NCBI GenBank assembly: GCA_965250285.1
Contig: OZ252299.1
Span: 4,320,001-4,384,000 of the forward strand
Direction of reading: 5' to 3'
DNA: 64,000 bases
From: Myxococcota bacterium
GTDB taxonomy: Bacteria; Myxococcota_A; UBA9160; UBA4427
In this document: positions 58,957 through 64,000 of the stretch, in pieces
Numbering within the stretch: position 1 is the stretch's first letter
How the letters are laid out: each line of letters begins with the position of its first letter
The notes under the pieces: generated by a model
Seen by the model: the letters and a program-made list of their open reading frames with translations, nothing else
What the model was told of the DNA's origin: nothing
The model's database searches: none
Made by a program: the position numbers and the translations under genes

Positions 58957-59814
58957 GTGTCCGATCACACCGAATACGAAGAGCTCGAGAAGGTGCTCTC
59001 CTGGGAGCAGCCCTCGAAGGAGGCGACCGAACGCTTCCTTTCTCTCTTTCGCTTCTACTTTGCGCCCACGTTCCATGGCACCGCGAACCTCGACGCGTCC
59101 CGCCCGACGATGTACGTCGCGAACCACTCGATCTACTCGTTGGCCGACCCGGTGTTGATGATCGGCATCTACGACACGCTGGGCGAGGTGCCCCGCGGCC
59201 TCGCCGACCGGCTCCACTTCAAGCTGCCCTTCTACCGCGACTTCGTCGAGTCGCTCGGCGCCGTGACCGGGGATCGCGAGCTCGTCCGGGGCCTGATGCG
59301 CACCGAGCAGAGCATCGTCGTCTTTCCGGGCGGCAGCCGCGAGGTGATGAAGAAGCGCCACGAAGGCCATCGACTCGTCTGGAAGCAGCGCACCGGCTTC
59401 ATTCAGCTCGCGATCGAGATGAACTACACGATCACACCGGTCGGTGTGGCCGGAGGCGATCACTGCTTCGACGTCGTCGCCGACGCCGACGACTACATGA
59501 ACACCTTGATCGGCAAGTGGGTGCATCGGTCGGGCCTACTCGACCGCTTCCTCCGCGGTCGCGACGAACTGCCGCCCGTCGTGCGCGGCATGGGTCTCTC
59601 CGTTCTGCCCAAGCCGGTGCCGATCCACGTCAGCTATGGCCGAGCCATCGACGTCGCCGAGCTGACGAACGGGGCCACGACCGACCCGGCACTCTTCGCA
59701 GCGCGCGAAGAGGTCGCGAAACAGATCGACCTGCTGGTCGAGCAGGGGCTCGCCGCGCAGGCCCGGCAGCAGAAGTCGACGTCGTGGCTTCGGTGGCTTC
59801 TGACGCGCAGCTAG
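58957..59814 (+). CDS. Lysophospholipid/DGAT-like acyltransferase
   Basis: VANHS..D, RGLAD, VFPGGSRE, RTGF. Confidence 0.92.
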   Translation: MSDHTEYEELEKVLSWEQPSKEATERFLSLFRFYFAPTFHGTANLDASRPTMYVANHSIYSLADPVLMIGIYDTLGEVPRGLADRLHFKLPFYRDFVESLGAVTGDRELVRGLMRTEQSIVVFPGGSREVMKKRHEGHRLVWKQRTGFIQLAIEMNYTITPVGVAGGDHCFDVVADADDYMNTLIGKWVHRSGLLDRFLRGRDELPPVVRGMGLSVLPKPVPIHVSYGRAIDVAELTNGATTDPALFAAREEVAKQIDLLVEQGLAAQARQQKSTSWLRWLLTRS

Positions 59815-59942
59815 GCTTCACCCGCGGGCAAGATGCCGGACGGGCGAAGCCGTCGTGAATCCACTATCCCCTCATGTCAGCGATTTCGACTCCGGACCGC
59901 CACCGCGGCGCGCATCCGGAGGAACCCCCAAGGAGACCCCAG

Positions 59943-60338
59943 GTGGCAGAGCAGATCCCCTTCGTCGACTACCTCGTTCTGGGCGACGACCCGCACCTCG
60001 AGGCCAACGAGTGCACCGCGTGCGGCGCCCGCTTCTTCGATCGCCGCAACGCGTGCGCCAACTGCTCGGGCACCGAGTTCAAGCGGGCCCGCATCGCCAC
60101 CCAGGGCACGCTTCGCACGTTCACGATCGTCTCGTTCGCGGCGCCCGGGATCCCGGTGCCGTTCGTGGCCGGCGTCGTCGACTGCGACGGCACCAGCGTG
60201 CGCGCCAACATCGTGAACGTCGAGCCGACCGCCGAGCACGTGAAGCTCGGCATGCCGGTCAAGCTCACGACCGTGCCCGTCGGCACCGACGGCGAAGGCG
60301 TCGAGGCGGTCAACTTCGCCTTCGAGCCCGCGGCCTAG
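59943..60338 (+). CDS. DUF35 Zn-ribbon/OB-fold protein
   Basis: CTAC..CANC, GTLRTFTIV, GMPV; AAGGAG RBS before GTG 59943. Confidence 0.92.
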   Translation: MAEQIPFVDYLVLGDDPHLEANECTACGARFFDRRNACANCSGTEFKRARIATQGTLRTFTIVSFAAPGIPVPFVAGVVDCDGTSVRANIVNVEPTAEHVKLGMPVKLTTVPVGTDGEGVEAVNFAFEPAA

Positions 60339-60423
60339 GCAGGGCGGCCTCACTTCGATCTGCGCCCGAGGCTCGACCCGGGCGACCCCCAAGACCACGA
60401 TCCATCGATCCAGGAGAAATCAC

Positions 60424-61632
60424 ATGGGTTCGAACGACGTCTACATCCTCGGCATCAACATGACCAAGTTCGGCAAGCACAAGGAGCTGGACGTGGCCGA
60501 CCTCGCGTCGCAGGCCACGCTCGCCGCGATCGCCGACGCCGGTGTCTCGATGAAGGACATGGGCATCATCGCGGCCGGCAACCTGATGGGAGGCCCCCTG
60601 CCGATCGCGCAGACGATCCAGAAGCAGTGCGGCCAGACCGGCATCCCGGCCTACAACGTCTCGAATGCATGCGCGACCGGCGCGACCGCGCTGCGCGTCG
60701 CGATCATGTCGGTCAAGGCCGGCGAGAGCGACTTCGGCCTCGCGGTCGGCGTCGAGAAGCTCGCCGGCGCAGGCCTCCTCGCGGGCGGCAGCGCCAAGAA
60801 GGACGGCGACAGCTGGCAGCGATCGGGCCGCTTCGGTGCCGTCGCAGGCGTCGATGGGCGCATCGGCACCGAGACGATGCCGGGCGTGTTCGCGCAGATC
60901 GGCCAGGAGTACGGCCACAAGTACGGCGGTGCCAACTTCGAGCTGTTCGCCAAGATCTCGGAGAAGAACCACGGGCACTCGACGCTCAACCCGCTCGCGG
61001 CCTACACCAAGGCGATGACCGTCGAGGAGATCATGAACGACATCATGATCGCCTACCCGAACACGCGGCCGATGTGTTCGGCCAACTGCGATGGGGCTGC
61101 GGCGGCGGTGGTCGTGAGCGGCTCGAAGCTGGCCACGCTCTCTCAGGAGCAGCAGCGACGCGCGGTGAAGGTGAGCGCTTCGGTGCTGACGAGCGATCCC
61201 TACCAGGAGGCGTGCCAGGTGCTGCCCGACGTCAACACGCTCACCCGCCAGGCCGCCACCCAGGCCTACGAGCAGGCGGGCATCGGCCCGGAGGATCTCA
61301 ACCTCGTCGAGCTGCACGACTGCTTCGCGACGGCCGAGCTCGTTCACTACGACAACCTGATGCTCTGCGAAGAAGGCGGCGCCGTCGACTTCTTCAAGAG
61401 CGGCGCGCCGTACCGTGACGGCCGGCTGCCGGTCAACGTCTCGGGCGGGCTGCAGTCGAAGGGTCACCCGATCGCCGCTACAGGCATCGCGAACATCTGG
61501 GAGATCTGCCATCACCTGCGCGGTGAAGCCGGCCCGCGCCAGATCGAAGGCGCGAAGGTGGGCCTGGCCCACGTGATCGGCCTGGCCTCGGCCTGCGGCG
61601 TGCACATCCTCGAGAGCAACTCGGCCAGCTAG
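60424..61632 (+). CDS. SCP2-type thiolase family protein
   Basis: NACATG, DGAAA, VELHDCF, NVSGGL..GHPIAATG. Confidence 0.95.
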   Translation: MGSNDVYILGINMTKFGKHKELDVADLASQATLAAIADAGVSMKDMGIIAAGNLMGGPLPIAQTIQKQCGQTGIPAYNVSNACATGATALRVAIMSVKAGESDFGLAVGVEKLAGAGLLAGGSAKKDGDSWQRSGRFGAVAGVDGRIGTETMPGVFAQIGQEYGHKYGGANFELFAKISEKNHGHSTLNPLAAYTKAMTVEEIMNDIMIAYPNTRPMCSANCDGAAAAVVVSGSKLATLSQEQQRRAVKVSASVLTSDPYQEACQVLPDVNTLTRQAATQAYEQAGIGPEDLNLVELHDCFATAELVHYDNLMLCEEGGAVDFFKSGAPYRDGRLPVNVSGGLQSKGHPIAATGIANIWEICHHLRGEAGPRQIEGAKVGLAHVIGLASACGVHILESNSAS

Positions 61633-61657
61633 GGTCGACGTTCGAGGCTCGAATCGA

Positions 61658-61689
61658 GACGGGGGATCGACGCAAGTCGATCCCCCGTC
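61658..61689. terminator. Perfect 14-bp hairpin with GCAA tetraloop after the thiolase gene
   Basis: GACGGGGGATCGAC-GCAA-GTCGATCCCCCGTC; only a weak U-tract. Confidence 0.55.
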
Positions 61690-61732
61690 GTGCTTTGGCC
61701 TCCGCGATGCGGCTTCCCGAAGGAGCGCAGTC

Positions 61733-62629
61733 ATGGCGAGCGAGCAGTACCACGCATTGATGGCCGCCCTGCCCGGCGGCGACGTGCACCACGAAGACCC
61801 GATCGAGATCGTGCGCGAGAAGATGCACGCGATCCATCCGAACGCGGCGAGCCCGGGCACCGTGGTCGAGCCGGTCGAACTCGACGGCATCGAGGCCAAG
61901 TGGATCTACCTGCCCGAGCACCGCGACAGCCCGCGCGTCGTGCTGCACGTGCACGGCGGCGCGTTCGTCTCGACGGTCATCGACCACTACTTGATGTACG
62001 GCGAGCACCTCTCTCGCCATTGCGATGCGAAGGTCGTCTGCTTTCAGTGGACCTGGGCCGACGAGGCGCCCTACCCCCGCGCCGTCGACGACACGGTGCA
62101 GGCCTACCGTGCGCTCGTCGCTTCGGGCATCGCGCCCGACCGCATCGTCGTCGCCGGCGATTCGTGCGGGGGCGGGATCGGCCTCGCCGCGCTCTGCGCG
62201 CTGCGCGACGCCGGCGATCCTTTGCCCGCCGGCCTGGTGGGGCTCACCCCGTGGCTCGATGCCGAGCAAACGGGCGACGCGGCGGTTCATCCGAGGGGCG
62301 ACGACCCGTTCGTCGAGGCGAAGTGGATCCGCGCGCGCTTTCGCGACTACGCGGGACCGAACGGCGACCTGACCGACCCCGGGATCTCACCGATGCATGC
62401 CGACCTGACGGGTCTGCCGCCGATGTACCTGGCGGTGGGCGAGATCGACACGACGTCGGACGATTCGACGCGCCTCGCGATGCGCGCCGCGCAGACCGGC
62501 GCGTCGGTGATCCTCGACTGCGCCGCCGAGATGGTGCACGGCTATCTCGGGCTCTGCGGGATGTTCCCCGAGGCGACCGAGGGCATGCAGCGCGTCGGCG
62601 CGTTCGTCAAGCAGCGCGTGCCGGGCTGA
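61733..62629 (+). CDS. Alpha/beta hydrolase (HSL family esterase)
   Basis: HGGAF, GDSCGG, ISP, MVHG. Confidence 0.93.
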   Translation: MASEQYHALMAALPGGDVHHEDPIEIVREKMHAIHPNAASPGTVVEPVELDGIEAKWIYLPEHRDSPRVVLHVHGGAFVSTVIDHYLMYGEHLSRHCDAKVVCFQWTWADEAPYPRAVDDTVQAYRALVASGIAPDRIVVAGDSCGGGIGLAALCALRDAGDPLPAGLVGLTPWLDAEQTGDAAVHPRGDDPFVEAKWIRARFRDYAGPNGDLTDPGISPMHADLTGLPPMYLAVGEIDTTSDDSTRLAMRAAQTGASVILDCAAEMVHGYLGLCGMFPEATEGMQRVGAFVKQRVPG

Positions 62630-62664
62630 GCCCGGGCGCACTGCCGGGGGCGAGAAGACGCGCT

Positions 62665-63153
62665 TCAGTCGCCGAGCATCGCGACGAGGGCGTCGAGCTT
62701 GTCAGCACTCTCCCGCTCGAGCGCGGAGAGGGCATCGAGTTCGTCCCGATCGGCCTGGGGCATGTCGTCGCGCTTGAGACCCTGCCAGGCCTGGGCCCCC
62801 TGGCGCTCGGCGATGGCCTGCAGCGCGAGCTGCTCCTTCAAGGGCAACGCATCGAAGGTCGCGTAGTAGGTGTCGCGGGCCCCGGGCAGCGCCGCCTCGA
62901 TGGCAGCGAGATCGCTCGCCACCACCGGGAACAGCGCGTCGGCCCGAATCGCGATCTGCTCCTCACTCGCCGCGCACCCGAGCAAGACATCGGCATGCTC
63001 GGGGAGCGCCGCGGCCCAGGCGCGGTAGCGGTCGGCCGCTCCGCGCTCGAGGCGCGCCAGGAACCGCGGCACCGACGCCGCGGGCACCTGCGAGAGATAG
63101 GGCCCGAGCAGGGCGCCGAAGTTCGGTGCATCAGCGGGGATCGATTCGGCCAT
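62665..63153 (-). CDS. Hypothetical four-helix (ferritin-like?) protein
   Basis: ATG 63153; LARLERGAADRY..EEQIA..AERQGAQAW..LERESA. Confidence 0.65.
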   Translation of the reverse strand: MAESIPADAPNFGALLGPYLSQVPAASVPRFLARLERGAADRYRAWAAALPEHADVLLGCAASEEQIAIRADALFPVVASDLAAIEAALPGARDTYYATFDALPLKEQLALQAIAERQGAQAWQGLKRDDMPQADRDELDALSALERESADKLDALVAMLGD

Positions 63154-63253
63154 GCGGCCCAGGCTAGCCGATCGGTTGGCCCGTGCGGACGCGACGCCGA
63201 AGCGGGTAGGCTCTGCGCCACGAGACCGCGAGGTCTCGAGAGGAGGACGTCCC

Positions 63254-64000
63254 ATGGGAACCATCGCCATCACGGGGGCCGCTTCGGGCATCTGCGCGGC
63301 CGCCGCCGACCGACTGAAGCGCGAGGGGCACCACATCATCGGCGTCGACGTCCAGCCGACCGACGTCGTCGCCGACCTCGGCACCGAGTCGGGGCGCGCG
63401 CATGCGTCCGAGCGCGTCCGCGAACTCGCCTCGGGTCGACTCGACGGCCTCGTCTCGGGTGCCGCGCTCGGCCCCTACGCCGACCCTGCATCGATCATCC
63501 GCGTCAACTACTTCGGCGCGGTGGCCATCCTCGAAGACTTGAAGGACGTGCTCGCCGCCGGCGACGCGCCCGCCGCCGTCGCGATCTCGTCGATCGGCGC
63601 GATCTTCGCCGACGTCGTCCCCGACAACGGCGTGCCCGCGTGCCTCGACGCCTGCCTCGCGGGCGACGAAGCCGCGGCCGTCGACGCCATCGAAGGTCGC
63701 GACGGTACGACGGCCTACAGCTGCGCCAAGCGCGCGCTGGCGTTCAAGGTGCGCGCGCTCACCGCCGACTGGGGCGCCGCCGGCATTCGACTGAACGCCG
63801 TCGCACCCGGCACGACCGAGACGCCGATGCTCGATCAGATCTACGCGACGCCCGAGATCGCCGAGCCCGTGCGTGCGCTGCCGATTCCGATCGGACGCAC
63901 CGCACCCGCCGAAGAGCTCGCGAGCGTCGTGTGCTTCCTGCTGGGCCCCGATGCACGCTTCGTCCACGGCGCGGTGCTTCACGCCGACGGTGGATCGGAC
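63254..64000 (+). CDS. SDR family oxidoreductase (3-alpha-HSD/carbonyl reductase-like), runs off window
   Basis: Not in ORF track. MGTIAITGAASGI.., RVNYFG, YSCAK, RLNAVAPG, ADGG; AGGAGG RBS. Confidence 0.93.
   Translation, partial: MGTIAITGAASGICAAAADRLKREGHHIIGVDVQPTDVVADLGTESGRAHASERVRELASGRLDGLVSGAALGPYADPASIIRVNYFGAVAILEDLKDVLAAGDAPAAVAISSIGAIFADVVPDNGVPACLDACLAGDEAAAVDAIEGRDGTTAYSCAKRALAFKVRALTADWGAAGIRLNAVAPGTTETPMLDQIYATPEIAEPVRALPIPIGRTAPAEELASVVCFLLGPDARFVHGAVLHADGGSD

Noticed and set aside
1..64000. rRNA, tRNA, prophage, defence or secondary-metabolite core genes
   Set aside because: No recognisable signatures by eye; small RNAs or riboswitches could be missed without an Infernal/tRNAscan search.

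Overview
High-GC (roughly 70% by eye), gene-dense chromosomal segment of a diderm bacterium. AsmA, RND+MFP, PilZ and lipoproteins occur alongside many Actinobacteria-like lipid/steroid/aromatic catabolic genes, which suggests a Myxococcota/Binatota-type organism (inference only). About 59 CDS are supported. They include five SDRs, two LLM monooxygenases, a Rieske oxygenase alpha/beta pair with a divergent TetR and a palindromic operator, ALDH, carotenoid oxygenase, CoA-transferase III, wax-ester synthase, epoxide hydrolase, amidohydrolase, 3-beta-HSD-like protein, MaoC dehydratase, FMO, thiolase+DUF35 pair, two MFS, an RND efflux pair, an arsR-arsI-ABM mini-operon, a CHASE/PAS hybrid kinase, a di-heme peroxidase, a TMTC-like GT-C/TPR protein missing from the ORF track, and several orphan lipoproteins. 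No rRNA, tRNA, CRISPR array, transposase or integrase was seen. The most unusual signals are: (1) a family of ~135-bp structured intergenic elements in three copies (15451-15584, 40743-40878, 41092-41225) with compensatory base changes in two stems and conserved internal mismatches, two copies forming an inverted pair; (2) a single in-frame TAA splitting the TetR gene upstream of the RND efflux operon; (3) a TMTC-like glycosyltransferase with an altered acidic motif. Most ORF-track entries are antisense or off-frame shadows of real genes.
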